A stretch of DNA of 64,000 bases from an uncultured delta proteobacterium (GTDB lineage Bacteria > Desulfobacterota > Desulfomonilia > Desulfomonilales > Desulfomonilaceae). The stretch covers positions 2,208,001 through 2,272,000 of the forward strand of contig CAWBKB010000001.1 of the NCBI GenBank assembly GCA_963789265.1, given 5' to 3'. This document shows, piece by piece, positions 48,234-58,438 of this stretch (position 1 is the first letter of the stretch; each line of letters begins with the position of its first letter). Made by a program: the position numbers and the translations under genes. The notes below the pieces were generated by a model. That model saw only the letters and a list, made by a program, of their open reading frames with translations, did no database searches and was not told the origin of the DNA.

Positions 48234-48490
48234 CACGGATCTGACAGAGCCTCCCGCGGGACGCGGGATGGCACCCGGGCCGCTGAGCATCGAAAGCTAA
48301 GTCCCGTTGTCGTCATGCCAGCGTATGCGGGCACCGGTAGGACCGGCCTCCGTGCCGGTCATTCATTTGCCACCGGCGGGGTGGTGGGACAGGCGTCCCG
48401 CCTGTCGACGGGCAAGATGCCCGTCCCACTGCGCTACTCCCCGGATCGGAGTCCGGGGTGACGAATGGCGGGCAGGATGCCCACCCTACT
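48234..48490. repeat. Dense mosaic of REP-like palindromes
   Basis: Modules shared with 21641-21686, 21484-21538 and 15927-15949. Confidence 0.8.
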
Positions 48491-48583
48491 GAAGAAGGCC
48501 CGTCGCCATAATGTCATTTGCGATATCGATCATTTCTCTCGAGAATTGATATGAGTAAGACGTAATCATCTCCTAATGCCCCA

Positions 48584-50158
48584 CTACGAATCTCCCCTGA
48601 TTGACAACCACGACACGAGAGCGCTTACCACGGAGAGTACCGCGGCCAGTAAAGCGATGAGGCGAAATCCGCTGACGAACGATTCCCGAATAGCGTGTCG
48701 GATTGTCCTCCGGGCTTCACCGCTCACATTGTCGGGAATTTTCGTGTTAACAAAGTTCGCGCTTTGTTTGACCAATTGCATTCGAACTTCAGAAGACACC
48801 GGGATCTCTCGCAGGCGTTCGCTCAAGCCTTTGTCAAAATTGTTCAGCATAAAGACCCCGAAAACCGCGACTGCGAGCAGAGCAGCGACACGGGAGACTG
48901 CATTGTTGATGCCGGAAGCAACTCCAGCGTGGCGGTCTTCAACCGCGCTCATCACCGTGGTCGTCAGGGGAGCGACACTCGCGGTCAATCCGATGCTCAT
49001 CACCATCACCGCAGGGAAGAAGCTCGTCCAATAACTACCCGCCTCTGCCCCGGGCAACGCGAACAGAGCAAATCCAGCGGCCGCGATGACAGGACCGATG
49101 ACCAACGGCAGTTTAGAGCCATAGTGCGCAACCAGGCCGCCTGCCCAACGCGAAAGTAGAAACATTGTGAACACGAATGGCAATAGAGCAGCACCCGCGG
49201 CTGCCGGACTGTAGCCTTGCACTTGGATAAGGTTGAACGGCAGGAAGAAGAGCAGCCCGTTTAGTGCTGTATAAAGAAACAGGGTCAAAAGATTTGCGCC
49301 CGCGAATGTTGGCGAGCCAAAGAATCCGAGGGGCATCATCGGTTCTTCGTTACGGGCCTCAGCGAAGATGAACCAGGAAAGCGCCGCAGCGCCAATAGCG
49401 AAACTTCCAATCAAGAATGGGGTGGCCAAGCCGCGCGAATTCGATTCGATCAGGCCGAAAACAATGCCGCCCAGCCCGATTGTCGCCAATATCGCACCCA
49501 GCCAGTCCAGACGCCCCTTAGCTTGCTCGTTGCGGCTCTCCGGGACGTGTTGCCATGCAATCAGCAACGCTACTGCTGCGAGCGGGACATTGATAAAGAA
49601 GATCCAGCGCCACGAAAAATGCTCGACGAGCCATCCGCCCAGGACAGGGCCAATCCCGACGGCAATCGCGGTGAATCCCGCCCATGTTCCGATGGCCTGC
49701 CCTCGCCTCTCTTTGCCGAAATTGGCACTGATGAGCGCTAGGCTTTCAGGCACGAGCAGCGCCGCGGCTACACCTTGTGCGCCTCGTGCGACAATGAGTT
49801 GACTAATGTTTGGCGCGAGGCCGCACCAGATTGAAGCCAGGGCGAAAAGCAGAACGCCCACCGAGAAGACACGCTTGCGGCCCAGATCGTCGCCCAGCGA
49901 CCCACCAACGAGAATCAATGACGCGAGCATAAGTGCGTAAGCTTCGACGATCCATTGGGCTTCGGCGACGGTTGCGCCCAGTTGGCTTTGCAGCACAGGC
50001 AGCGCGACATTGACCACAGTCCCATCAATGAACGTAATGCTGGAGCCGAGAATCGCCGCGGCAAGCACCCACTGTCCCACCTCCCGACCGCAATCCGTTA
50101 CCTCCGGTTGGCATCGCACAAGTGCTTCGTCGCATGGTTGTCGTGTGTTACCGAGCAC
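48584..50158 (-). CDS. MFS transporter, DHA2 (EmrB/QacA) type
   Basis: D.TVVNVALP, G.LGD..GRKR, GP.LGG.L, WRWIFFINVP. Confidence 0.92.
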   Translation of the reverse strand: MLGNTRQPCDEALVRCQPEVTDCGREVGQWVLAAAILGSSITFIDGTVVNVALPVLQSQLGATVAEAQWIVEAYALMLASLILVGGSLGDDLGRKRVFSVGVLLFALASIWCGLAPNISQLIVARGAQGVAAALLVPESLALISANFGKERRGQAIGTWAGFTAIAVGIGPVLGGWLVEHFSWRWIFFINVPLAAVALLIAWQHVPESRNEQAKGRLDWLGAILATIGLGGIVFGLIESNSRGLATPFLIGSFAIGAAALSWFIFAEARNEEPMMPLGFFGSPTFAGANLLTLFLYTALNGLLFFLPFNLIQVQGYSPAAAGAALLPFVFTMFLLSRWAGGLVAHYGSKLPLVIGPVIAAAGFALFALPGAEAGSYWTSFFPAVMVMSIGLTASVAPLTTTVMSAVEDRHAGVASGINNAVSRVAALLAVAVFGVFMLNNFDKGLSERLREIPVSSEVRMQLVKQSANFVNTKIPDNVSGEARRTIRHAIRESFVSGFRLIALLAAVLSVVSALVSWLSIRGDS

Positions 50159-50216
50159 GTATCTGTCCGAGAATCACTATACTCAATTCGTTGGCCGATT
50201 GGTGATCGCGGTTACA

Positions 50217-51161
50217 TCATTCATTTCGAATACTGCCATGTCCCGTCTGCTTCCGAGCATGCTTGAGGAACGTCCCATTCTGGTATTCTTGAAAGGCATG
50301 CTTTAGCTCATCCCGCGTGTTCATGACGATAGGGCCGTACCAGGCAACCGGCTCACCTATGGGCCTGCCTGAGATAAGCAGAAAACGAACTTCACTCTTT
50401 TCAGCGCTCACGGACACCTCGTCGCCATCGGCGTAAAGAACAACGCTTCCATTTCCACAGAGGCAACTCCGCTTAAAGTCAAAATAATTTGACCCGATTA
50501 CCTCATGAGCATACGCATCACGGTCTTGATCGAAATAGCCTTCCCCGCGGATCACATACGCAAAAACGCTCTTCCCCCGATCCACCTGGTGGTTGAAGCT
50601 CATTCCGGGAGGAACCATGACGTCCAGGTACTCGGGATCGGTCACGATGTCTCGGACGGGCCCCTCCGTTCTGTTCACCGTTCCGCAGATTACTTTTACT
50701 TTTGTGCCATTTTGAAAAGAGATTTCGGGAACTTGCTGGCTTTTCACGTCCCGATAACGCGGGTCCATCATTTTGTGAGACTTGGGCAGATTGGCCCAGA
50801 GTTGGAATCCGTACATCCGGCCGTTTGGATCTCCTTGGGGCATTTCCTGATGTATGATTCCGTTGCCCGCGGTCATCCATTGCACGTCGCCGGCAGTAAT
50901 GACACCGCTGTTACCCATGCTGTCGCCGTGTTCGACAGTTCCCTGGAGGACGTACGTAATTGTCTCGATCCCACGGTGTGGGTGCCAAGGAAATCCCTTG
51001 ATATAGTGCTCGGGATCGTCCGAACGAAAATCGTCCAACAAGAGAAACGGATCAAACATAGAAACTTGGTTGAATCCGAAACCCCGTTTGAGATGAACCC
51101 CGGCTCCTTCAATTGTGGGTTTACTCTTCCATACCCTTCGTATCTTTCTCACTTCAGACAT
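50217..51161 (-). CDS. Pirin family protein
   Basis: DPFLLLD, HPHRGIET, WMTAG.GI.H.E, QLW.NLP, GP.VMNT. Confidence 0.93.
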   Translation of the reverse strand: MSEVRKIRRVWKSKPTIEGAGVHLKRGFGFNQVSMFDPFLLLDDFRSDDPEHYIKGFPWHPHRGIETITYVLQGTVEHGDSMGNSGVITAGDVQWMTAGNGIIHQEMPQGDPNGRMYGFQLWANLPKSHKMMDPRYRDVKSQQVPEISFQNGTKVKVICGTVNRTEGPVRDIVTDPEYLDVMVPPGMSFNHQVDRGKSVFAYVIRGEGYFDQDRDAYAHEVIGSNYFDFKRSCLCGNGSVVLYADGDEVSVSAEKSEVRFLLISGRPIGEPVAWYGPIVMNTRDELKHAFQEYQNGTFLKHARKQTGHGSIRNE

Positions 51162-52164
51162 TGCCTACCTCCAGCACGATCTTTCCGATGTGCATACCGG
51201 ATTCCATCAGTGCGTGCGCTTTTGCAGCATCAGCGAGCGGAAACACCTTGAAGATAACCGGTCGGAACTTCTTCGCCTCGATCAATAGCCACACATTCTG
51301 CCTCAGGGCCGCGGCCACTGCGCTCTTGAACTCCACGCTCCGGGGGCGCAAGGTCGAGCCGGTCACGGTCAGGCGTCTCCGCAGGATCTCGCCGCAATCC
51401 ACCTCGGCCTTGCTGCCGCCAAGGAACGCAATGATCGCCAGGCGTCCGTCGTCGGCCAGGCACCTCAGCTCGCGCGGCACATAGTTACCGGCAACCATGT
51501 CCAGAATCGCATCAACACCTTTGCCGGAGGTGATCTGCTTCACCACCTTTTCAAAATCCTCTGTGCGGTGGTTGATTGCTCTTTCGGCGCCGAGTTCCTC
51601 GCAGGCCGAGCACTTCTCGGCGCTGCCCGCGGTCACGAAGACGCGATGGCCCAGCGCTCGAGCCATCTGAATCGCGGTCACTCCTATTCCGCTCGAGCCG
51701 CCTTGCACCAGCAACGTCTCGCCCGGGGCCAGTCGTCCGCGCTCAAAGACATTGATCCAGACCGTGAACATTGTCTCCGGCAGGGAAGCGGCCTCAATCG
51801 GCGTCAAACCGTGGGGCAACGGCAGACACTGGCCGGCAGGCGTCGTGCAATACTGGGCGTAACCGCCTCCCGGTGTTAACGCACAAACCTGTTCGCCGGG
51901 CTTCCATTGACTGACCCCTTCCGCACACTCGACCACGGTTCCGGCAACCTCTAGCCCGGGCAGGTCGGAATCGCCCGGCGGTGGAGGATAGTTTCCCGCG
52001 CGCTGAAAACAATCAGGGCGATTGACACCCGCGGCCGCGACACGGATCAGTACTTCGCCCGGCTTGGGTCGCGGCACCGGTCGCGTCGCGGTATTCAACA
52101 CCTCGGGCCCTCCGGGGTGCGAGATCTCAACCACTCGCATACGATCGGGAAGGCTGGAACGCAT
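51154..52164 (-). CDS. NAD(P)H-quinone oxidoreductase (PIG3 / zeta-crystallin type)
   Basis: GVNRPD..QR.G.YP, PGLE.AG, GG.SGIG, GSTLR, HIGKIVL. Confidence 0.92.
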   Translation of the reverse strand: MRSSLPDRMRVVEISHPGGPEVLNTATRPVPRPKPGEVLIRVAAAGVNRPDCFQRAGNYPPPPGDSDLPGLEVAGTVVECAEGVSQWKPGEQVCALTPGGGYAQYCTTPAGQCLPLPHGLTPIEAASLPETMFTVWINVFERGRLAPGETLLVQGGSSGIGVTAIQMARALGHRVFVTAGSAEKCSACEELGAERAINHRTEDFEKVVKQITSGKGVDAILDMVAGNYVPRELRCLADDGRLAIIAFLGGSKAEVDCGEILRRRLTVTGSTLRPRSVEFKSAVAAALRQNVWLLIEAKKFRPVIFKVFPLADAAKAHALMESGMHIGKIVLEVGNV

Positions 52165-52242
52165 TGGCTTTTCTCCTACTTGATCACTTCCTCACCGTCG
52201 ATTCGCGTTGGCTCTGATAGAGCGAAGTGGCGTCAGCACCTA

Positions 52243-53262
52243 TTAACGTTCGAGCGTAACTCGCTTCGATGTCTTGTTTGGAAATTTGTTCCTCACACGG
52301 GCTTGGGCATCAGATCCTTCAAGCACGTAGACGATTTCCTGCTTGTCTCTGAACTTTTTCACAAAACGCTGCACGTACCCTTTTCTGTCGAGCAAGAACT
52401 CCCCAATATTTTGCTCACCGGCAGGACAAACAGCCACGCATCGGTCACACCTCGTCTGCGGACAAATGGACAAATTTTGCCACATCGATATGGTTTCAGC
52501 ATCGCTCACGTGAGTTTGATACTCTTCGAAACTCTTGCTGTCCACGAGGTGTTTTACCCAGTTCACAAAATTACCGGCTCGCTCTCGGTAATTATGGATG
52601 TAGCAAGGGAAGAAGTCAAAATTACCGTTTGCGCCGATGGCCCCGGTAGGGCAAACAGAAACGCAGAGTTTGCACTCTATGCAAGGATTAAATTCCGTCG
52701 GGCCATCATAAGCGGTTAGTTCCGCTCCGATCAAGACCGTGGCAAGGACGATCCCATTCCCAAAGCGCGGGTGGATGACCATCCTGTTCCATCCCATTTG
52801 ACCGAGGCCAGCTTCCACGGCAATCGGTTTGTCCGACACGAAATGCATAACACCAGGCCAACGTTCAGCTTCGTACGGGAAGCCTGCAGAAAGATTCAGG
52901 GCAGAGATGCCCATTTCCTGGAGGTTACTAACCAAATTACTCGCAGAACCATTTGCATGTTCCCAGGTGTGATGAAACTCCAAACTGGTCAGGGAGTGAA
53001 AGACCGTCCGGAGGGCTTCTCTGTTTAGGCGAAAAGCAAGGCTTGCGATGGTCTTGGCTGTCGGCAACGCTTCAAGAATAGCGCTCTTTTGGTTCGCTAC
53101 GGCGGGGCGATCGACTTCGATGAAACGAGCGTCGGCTGCTCCCGCTTTCAGGCATAAATTTCGCAGTCGTTGAGTCTCAAGTGTCGTGGGTACTCCCGCG
53201 AATCCCTCCGAGCCTAACGAATCGTAAAACCATTTTACTGTAGGGTGATCTTTGGAATACAT
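52243..53262 (-). CDS. QueG/reductive-dehalogenase-like 4Fe-4S dicluster protein
   Basis: K..AV.AGLG..G.N...IHP.FG, CIECKLCVSVCP, CDRCVAVCP. Confidence 0.75.
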   Translation of the reverse strand: MYSKDHPTVKWFYDSLGSEGFAGVPTTLETQRLRNLCLKAGAADARFIEVDRPAVANQKSAILEALPTAKTIASLAFRLNREALRTVFHSLTSLEFHHTWEHANGSASNLVSNLQEMGISALNLSAGFPYEAERWPGVMHFVSDKPIAVEAGLGQMGWNRMVIHPRFGNGIVLATVLIGAELTAYDGPTEFNPCIECKLCVSVCPTGAIGANGNFDFFPCYIHNYRERAGNFVNWVKHLVDSKSFEEYQTHVSDAETISMWQNLSICPQTRCDRCVAVCPAGEQNIGEFLLDRKGYVQRFVKKFRDKQEIVYVLEGSDAQARVRNKFPNKTSKRVTLER

Positions 53263-53270
53263 ATCGCCTC

Positions 53271-53726
53271 CTAACGATTTCGGTGCGTTTCCTTTTGAAG
53301 TGTCATGCAAGTGCTTGTGGCTTTGGCCACGAGACGCCCCTGAGAATCTGTGATATCGCATTCAACCATGCCAATGGTGCCACCCCGATTCACGATCTTC
53401 CCTTTTGCGAACAATCTTTCTTTCCAAACGGGCCTGAGGAAATTGATTTTTAATTCCAGTGTCGTGAAGGTTTCTCCACTGCCCAAAGTGCTAGCGTAGG
53501 CTGCTCCCATCGCAAGGTCGGCAAGGTCGCACAAGACCCCGCCATGTAACGTTCCCATTGGATTAAAGTGTTGAGGTCCCGCGTCGAGTTCAAGGTGGGA
53601 CTCGCCCGGTTGGACGGAGATCACTCTGAGACCTATCAACTGCGCTATGGGCGGGTCAGGCAATTCTCCTGAGATCATTTTCTGCATTCGGTCCATCATT
53701 TGCTCATCCTTTGCTGCTGATTCCAT
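53271..53726 (-). CDS. PaaI family thioesterase
   Basis: NPMGTLHGG...LAD, T.ELKINFLRP. Confidence 0.9.
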   Translation of the reverse strand: MESAAKDEQMMDRMQKMISGELPDPPIAQLIGLRVISVQPGESHLELDAGPQHFNPMGTLHGGVLCDLADLAMGAAYASTLGSGETFTTLELKINFLRPVWKERLFAKGKIVNRGGTIGMVECDITDSQGRLVAKATSTCMTLQKETHRNR

Positions 53727-53746
53727 GTTGTACTCCTCTCGATTAG

Positions 53747-53760
53747 GGTGTAAATACACC
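53747..53760. promoter_or_regulatory. Palindrome GGTGTA-AA-TACACC (probable MarR operator)
   Basis: Shares core GTGTAAATACAC with 54302-54319. Confidence 0.7.
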
Positions 53761-53775
53761 TATATGGACAAATAA

Positions 53776-54258
53776 TTACGTGAGAGCTGTCAGATCGGCA
53801 ATTCCCTCCAACAGAGAAGTCCAGCGGTCTTCTCCCAATTCTCCGACTACTTCAGCCTGCGCCTTTTGCCAAAGAGGGAAAGCCGCAACTAGTGCGGTGT
53901 GTCCTTGCTCGGTGAGAGACAGCTTCCGGGTGCGAAGGTCGTCACCCTGCTCTACGTCAATCATCCCTTTCTTGTTCAATAAGGAGACATTGCGGCTCAG
54001 GGTTGTTCTATCCATAACAATAGCCTTGGCGAGCCGCTTGATGGTTACCGGTTCGAGAATCCTGATAGCCGTAAGAAGAGTCATTTGGGTTACCCTCAAG
54101 CCACAGGGCTTTAGTGCGGCATCGTAAAAGCTCGTGACTCGCCTGGTGGCTTTCCGGAGATTGAAACAGGTACAGGACTTACTTATGTCTACAGCGGTAT
54201 TGAGCGGGAGTATCTCCGGATTCGCTGATACCTCTCGTTTCTTTTCAGGGTCCAACAT
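53776..54258 (-). CDS. MarR family transcriptional regulator
   Basis: C.CFNLRKATR, TQ..LL, MDRTTLSRN, D.R...LT..G. Confidence 0.92.
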   Translation of the reverse strand: MLDPEKKREVSANPEILPLNTAVDISKSCTCFNLRKATRRVTSFYDAALKPCGLRVTQMTLLTAIRILEPVTIKRLAKAIVMDRTTLSRNVSLLNKKGMIDVEQGDDLRTRKLSLTEQGHTALVAAFPLWQKAQAEVVGELGEDRWTSLLEGIADLTALT

Positions 54259-54301
54259 TCAACTCCGAACGATCTCGGGTGCTGACGGTTAAGCTATGTG
54301 C

Positions 54302-54332
54302 TAAGTGTAAATACACTTATACGCGTTGTCAA
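54302..54332 (-). promoter_or_regulatory. marR promoter TTGACA-N17-TACACT overlapped by palindrome TAAGTGTA-AA-TACACTTA
   Basis: -35 at 54327-54332, -10 at 54304-54309; perfect 8-2-8 inverted repeat. Confidence 0.8.
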
Positions 54333-54376
54333 GAATGAGATGGAGCAGTTCCGAAATCTCCACGACGGCCGAGAAT

Positions 54377-54871
54377 TCAGGCTGCAGACTCTCGAAGAAG
54401 ATTCTCGATTTTCGAATCCAGATCCCGTGCGACTGCAAGGGCGTCCGGGTTTCCGTAGGGAGCCAGAAGGCTCGCCATCTTGTCGTACGTCAAATGCACA
54501 CCGTCCGGCCTCTCATCCACCAGAATTGTGACCGGGGCGTAAGATCCAGCGTCGGGAACATTCTTTGCCATTTCTTTCATGATTAACGGATTGCCTATCA
54601 GTAAGCGGACGATTTTCGGCGTGTCGAGCCCGGTCTCTTTACGCAGAATCGCGCCAAGATCGAGTTCCATGAACATCATCAGGCCCGTTCTGCCCAGACC
54701 TCTATGAACGGCACTTTCCAGTTCAGAGAAGGTCCGTGCATTCCTGGTCACTCCGAAGAACTCGCCCATATCAGGATGCCCAACGGCCGCTTTTAGAGCC
54801 CCCACGACCACCTCAAACGGCTTGGAAGATATCACGCTGAGCCGTTCGACCTCGAACTTTCTGATCGCCAT
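54377..54871 (-). CDS. DUF302 domain protein
   Basis: IGNPL....M..., G.YAP..ILV.E, A..LD.K. Confidence 0.8.
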   Translation of the reverse strand: MAIRKFEVERLSVISSKPFEVVVGALKAAVGHPDMGEFFGVTRNARTFSELESAVHRGLGRTGLMMFMELDLGAILRKETGLDTPKIVRLLIGNPLIMKEMAKNVPDAGSYAPVTILVDERPDGVHLTYDKMASLLAPYGNPDALAVARDLDSKIENLLRESAA

Positions 54872-54926
54872 GTTTGCTTTCCTTTCATAAAAGCGAATTA
54901 CGCGACCACGATATTGGTGATCTGAA

Positions 54927-55550
54927 TCAGTACACCAGCAGGGCCAACAGCTTCTCGGTGGTCAGGATTGCATGGGCGTAAGTCGGCCCGTTCAATTCGT
55001 GTGCGGCGTACATCCGGTCCCGGCTAAAGGCCGCTCTTGCGTCCTTCACGAGTGTGACGTGATAGCCAAGTTCGGCTGCAAAGCGACTGGTTGCTTCGAT
55101 GCACGTGTTAGCCAGCAGGCCAATCACGATTACCTGGACAATTCCCTTCTGCTTCAACAGGAAATCGAGATCCGTGTTTGCAAAGCCGCTTCCGCCCCAA
55201 TGTTGCTTGATGAGGATGTCACCCTGTTGAGGGGCGAAATCAGGATGCCATTCGCCGCCCCACGAGCCTCTCGCGAAGGCCTGCGCTTGACCTGCCGAGA
55301 TTTGATAGGGAGTCGGATGGTCCCAATCTTCATAGTCGCCCGGTTCCCACTGTCGATGCGGAACATAGAATACCTGGATGCCCGCTTTGCGGACAGCAGC
55401 GATGACGGTTCGCAAATTGTTCAGCAGCTCGACCTCCTTAGCTACGACTTCGATCCTCGACCAAAACTTGCCGCCTTCAGAGAGGAAATCATTGTAGGGG
55501 TCGACGAACAGTAGAGCCGTCTGGTCCTTGGTATAGCGGTTATCCAACAT
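54927..55550 (-). CDS. Isochorismatase-like cysteine hydrolase
   Basis: VD.YNDF, K..., GF..TDLD..L, G..ANTCIE.T.R. Confidence 0.9.
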   Translation of the reverse strand: MLDNRYTKDQTALLFVDPYNDFLSEGGKFWSRIEVVAKEVELLNNLRTVIAAVRKAGIQVFYVPHRQWEPGDYEDWDHPTPYQISAGQAQAFARGSWGGEWHPDFAPQQGDILIKQHWGGSGFANTDLDFLLKQKGIVQVIVIGLLANTCIEATSRFAAELGYHVTLVKDARAAFSRDRMYAAHELNGPTYAHAILTTEKLLALLVY

Positions 55551-55578
55551 TTCGATTCTCCTTTTGCCGTTGAAGTAC

Positions 55579-56124
55579 TCAGGCGGAGAGTGACGGCAAT
55601 TCGGACTCTAAAGCCGCAAGCATTGAATCATAATCCGGCAAGCCGTCGTAGCGCGTTCCGTTGATAAAGAAGGTCGGGGTGCCGTTTACGCCGCTGCGGA
55701 TGCCGCTCTGGCGGTCCTCCTTAATACGGATCTGAACAACGTCTTGCTTGATATCGTTCCCGAATCTTTCCAGATCCAACCCGATTCTTTTAGCCCACGA
55801 GCGAATGATGTGCGGCTCGAGGAATATCTGCTCTTCAAAGAGCAGATCGTGCATCTCCCAAAACTTACCCTGGAGCACCGCGGCTTCCGCCGCTTCGGCC
55901 GCGATCAGGGCATAAGGGTGCGCCTGGGTCAGAGGGAAATTCCTGAACACAAATCGCAACTTCTGCCCCAATGTCTTCTGCAAGCGCTTCACGACTGGAT
56001 AGGCTGCTCCGCAGTAACGGCATTGATAATCGCCGTATTCCACCAAAGTTAAAGGCGCGTCGGCGGGTCCTTCAGCGTGGTCACGCGCTGAGATGGGCTG
56101 AGTAAGCGTGGCGGATTTGTCCAT
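55579..56124 (-). CDS. DsbA/thioredoxin-fold protein
   Basis: EYGDYQCRYC, FRNFPL, GV.GTPTFFING. Confidence 0.9.
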   Translation of the reverse strand: MDKSATLTQPISARDHAEGPADAPLTLVEYGDYQCRYCGAAYPVVKRLQKTLGQKLRFVFRNFPLTQAHPYALIAAEAAEAAVLQGKFWEMHDLLFEEQIFLEPHIIRSWAKRIGLDLERFGNDIKQDVVQIRIKEDRQSGIRSGVNGTPTFFINGTRYDGLPDYDSMLAALESELPSLSA

Positions 56125-56148
56125 GATTCCTCCTGACTGGACATCGAA

Positions 56149-56640
56149 CTAATTTCGAGCACTGACTGCTTTTTCGCCTTTGACCATCGATTCCAAGGCT
56201 TTGAAAATGCCGTCCGCGCCCGGATTGATGCCCACCGGCGAGACGTAACTCCAACGGATGATGCCTTCGGCATCGATGACGAACAACGCCCGCTCCGACT
56301 CACCGTCTTTCTGTCGGTAGACGCCGTACTTACGGGCCACTGCACCTTTGGGCTCAAAATCCGCCAAGAGCGGAAAGTGCAATTTGCGATCTTTGCTGAA
56401 CGCAAGATGGCACCAGACGCCGTCTACCGAGATGCCTATGATTTGAGCTTCAAACTCAGAGAACTCGGGCTTCAACTCGTTGTAGAGCGCCAACTGGTCG
56501 CTGCAAACGGGACTCCAATCGGCCGGATAGAAGATCAGAACTACAGGCTGTCCGCGAAATTCGGAGAGAGATACTTTTTGATCGGGGGTGGTTGAAAGGG
56601 AAAAATCAGGGGCTTGAACTCCAGCCTTAAGAGCTGTCAT
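56149..56640 (-). CDS. AhpC/TSA (peroxiredoxin-like) redoxin
   Basis: APDFSL, FYPADWSPVC, GISVD, R..FVID. Confidence 0.9.
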   Translation of the reverse strand: MTALKAGVQAPDFSLSTTPDQKVSLSEFRGQPVVLIFYPADWSPVCSDQLALYNELKPEFSEFEAQIIGISVDGVWCHLAFSKDRKLHFPLLADFEPKGAVARKYGVYRQKDGESERALFVIDAEGIIRWSYVSPVGINPGADGIFKALESMVKGEKAVSARN

Positions 56641-56696
56641 GGGATCCTCCTTATGAAGCAGCGCACATAGCACGGCTTGCGTTTTCATTGCCTTCA

Positions 56697-57602
56697 CTAG
56701 GCCCGTGCGACAGTCCGTGGTGTGAGGAGGTCATCGAGGCCTATCCGGCGGAGAAGCTCCGTTCGGACGCGATCGGCGACAGCGTTAACAACCTCACAGC
56801 CATCTTGAGATGGATCGATATGCGTCCGAAAGGGGCGTCTACCAAATGGCAGGTCAACGACTTTGACAATAGCGTCTGAGACAGCAGCAGCGTCTGCGTC
56901 AGCGGGCTCAAGAGCAGCCATGCCCCTGAGGATCTGATCTGGAATCCCGTGGTAGGGACCAGAATCGTATTCCGAGGCGCGAGTTTTGTCACGGGGGGAA
57001 CCAGCGTGCTGGTAGTGATTCGTACCCCTTGTGAACGAGCCCGGCACAATGATCGAAGTCTCGATTCCCCAACGGGTCAACTCGCTTGCGTAGCTCACCG
57101 CCAGTGAATCCATCGCGGCTTTGGCGGCGAAATAAGGCCCAAGATAAGGCGGCGTTCCCCCTCGCACGCTGCTGCTGGAGACCCACACGACCAGCCCCCT
57201 ACCTTGCTTCCGTAACTGCGGAAGGGCAGCTCGGTTGACGCGCTGGGTTCCGAGCACATTGGTGTCATAAAGCTCGGCCAGTTGATCCGGTGTGAACGCT
57301 TCGGCCGGTCCAAAAACCATGTGTCCGGCATTGTGAATTACCACATCTAGACGCCCTTCTTCCCGGATGATCGCTTGAATCGCCCCGTCACAGGATTCCT
57401 GCGAGGAAACATCGAGTTCGATAGTCCGCAGGTCGACGAGGTTGTCGGCTGCATACTCCTGTATTTCCTTGACCTTTGACGCATTGTGGCCTTTTATTTC
57501 GCGCATGCTCGCATACACAGTGTGGCCCGCACGGGCCAACGCCCGCGCCGCGAGGGCACCGAAACCACTGGATGAACCGGTGATGACAATGATGCTCTTC
57601 AT
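56697..57602 (-). CDS. SDR family oxidoreductase
   Basis: TGSSSGFG, HNAG, YFAAK. Confidence 0.9.
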   Translation of the reverse strand: MKSIIVITGSSSGFGALAARALARAGHTVYASMREIKGHNASKVKEIQEYAADNLVDLRTIELDVSSQESCDGAIQAIIREEGRLDVVIHNAGHMVFGPAEAFTPDQLAELYDTNVLGTQRVNRAALPQLRKQGRGLVVWVSSSSVRGGTPPYLGPYFAAKAAMDSLAVSYASELTRWGIETSIIVPGSFTRGTNHYQHAGSPRDKTRASEYDSGPYHGIPDQILRGMAALEPADADAAAVSDAIVKVVDLPFGRRPFRTHIDPSQDGCEVVNAVADRVRTELLRRIGLDDLLTPRTVARA

Positions 57603-57680
57603 GGCCGCTCTCCTATATAGGCGAATTAGTCTCTTACACGGATCACAAATTTCATTTCACAAGCGGTGTGCTCGGAGGTC

Positions 57681-58415
57681 TCACGCAAAGCCTCCGTTGG
57701 CACGCAGGACCTGCCCATTGACCCAGCCGCCGTCGGGGCCAGCGAGAAACGAAACTACGTTGGCGATGTCTTCAGGTTGGCCGAGGCGTTCGAGAGGAGG
57801 AACTTTGCTGAGTTCCTCGATTTGAGCATCGGTTTTGCCTTTGGTGAATAAGTCCGTTGCCACTGGACCTGGTGCCACTGCGTTTACGGAGATATTGCGC
57901 CCCCGCAGTTCATTGGCGAGCACGTGAATAAGTCCCTCAACGCCCGCTTTCGAGGCAATATAGGGACCGTAAGTCGGGAATGCCTTCGCGATGACACTAC
58001 TCGAAAACGCTATAACGCGCCCGCCAGCAGAAACATGCAGGGCTGCCTGTTTCAGGACCACGAAAGTTCCGCGCAGGTTGGTGCCGATCACCCGGTCGAA
58101 GATTTCGAGGTCGCCTTCGTCGATGCGCAATAAGGGCATAATGGCTGCGCAGTGCACCACAACGTCGATTCTGCCGAAGGTATCTAGAGTTTGCTTGAAG
58201 AGATGCTCTACATCGGCAGCGTCCGCAACATCTGCCTGCACGGCAATGGCCTGTCCCCTGGCTGCCTTGATGTCGGCTACGGCTTTTTCAGCTTTCTCGG
58301 CGTTGCCTGAATAGTGCGCCACAATCGCAAAGCCGTCATGTGCAAGCCGTGTCGCGACAGCCCGCCCTATGCCTCCCGATGCTCCTGTGACAATTGCAAC
58401 CTTATTATTCTCCAT
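57681..58415 (-). CDS. SDR family oxidoreductase
   Basis: TGASGGIG, YIASK, NAVAPG. Confidence 0.92.
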   Translation of the reverse strand: MENNKVAIVTGASGGIGRAVATRLAHDGFAIVAHYSGNAEKAEKAVADIKAARGQAIAVQADVADAADVEHLFKQTLDTFGRIDVVVHCAAIMPLLRIDEGDLEIFDRVIGTNLRGTFVVLKQAALHVSAGGRVIAFSSSVIAKAFPTYGPYIASKAGVEGLIHVLANELRGRNISVNAVAPGPVATDLFTKGKTDAQIEELSKVPPLERLGQPEDIANVVSFLAGPDGGWVNGQVLRANGGFA

Positions 58416-58438
58416 TTCAATACCTTACTCTTTCTTAT

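Noticed and set aside
52243..53262. Respiratory reductive dehalogenase
   Set aside because: No twin-arginine leader, no rdhB anchor gene, and the protein is short.
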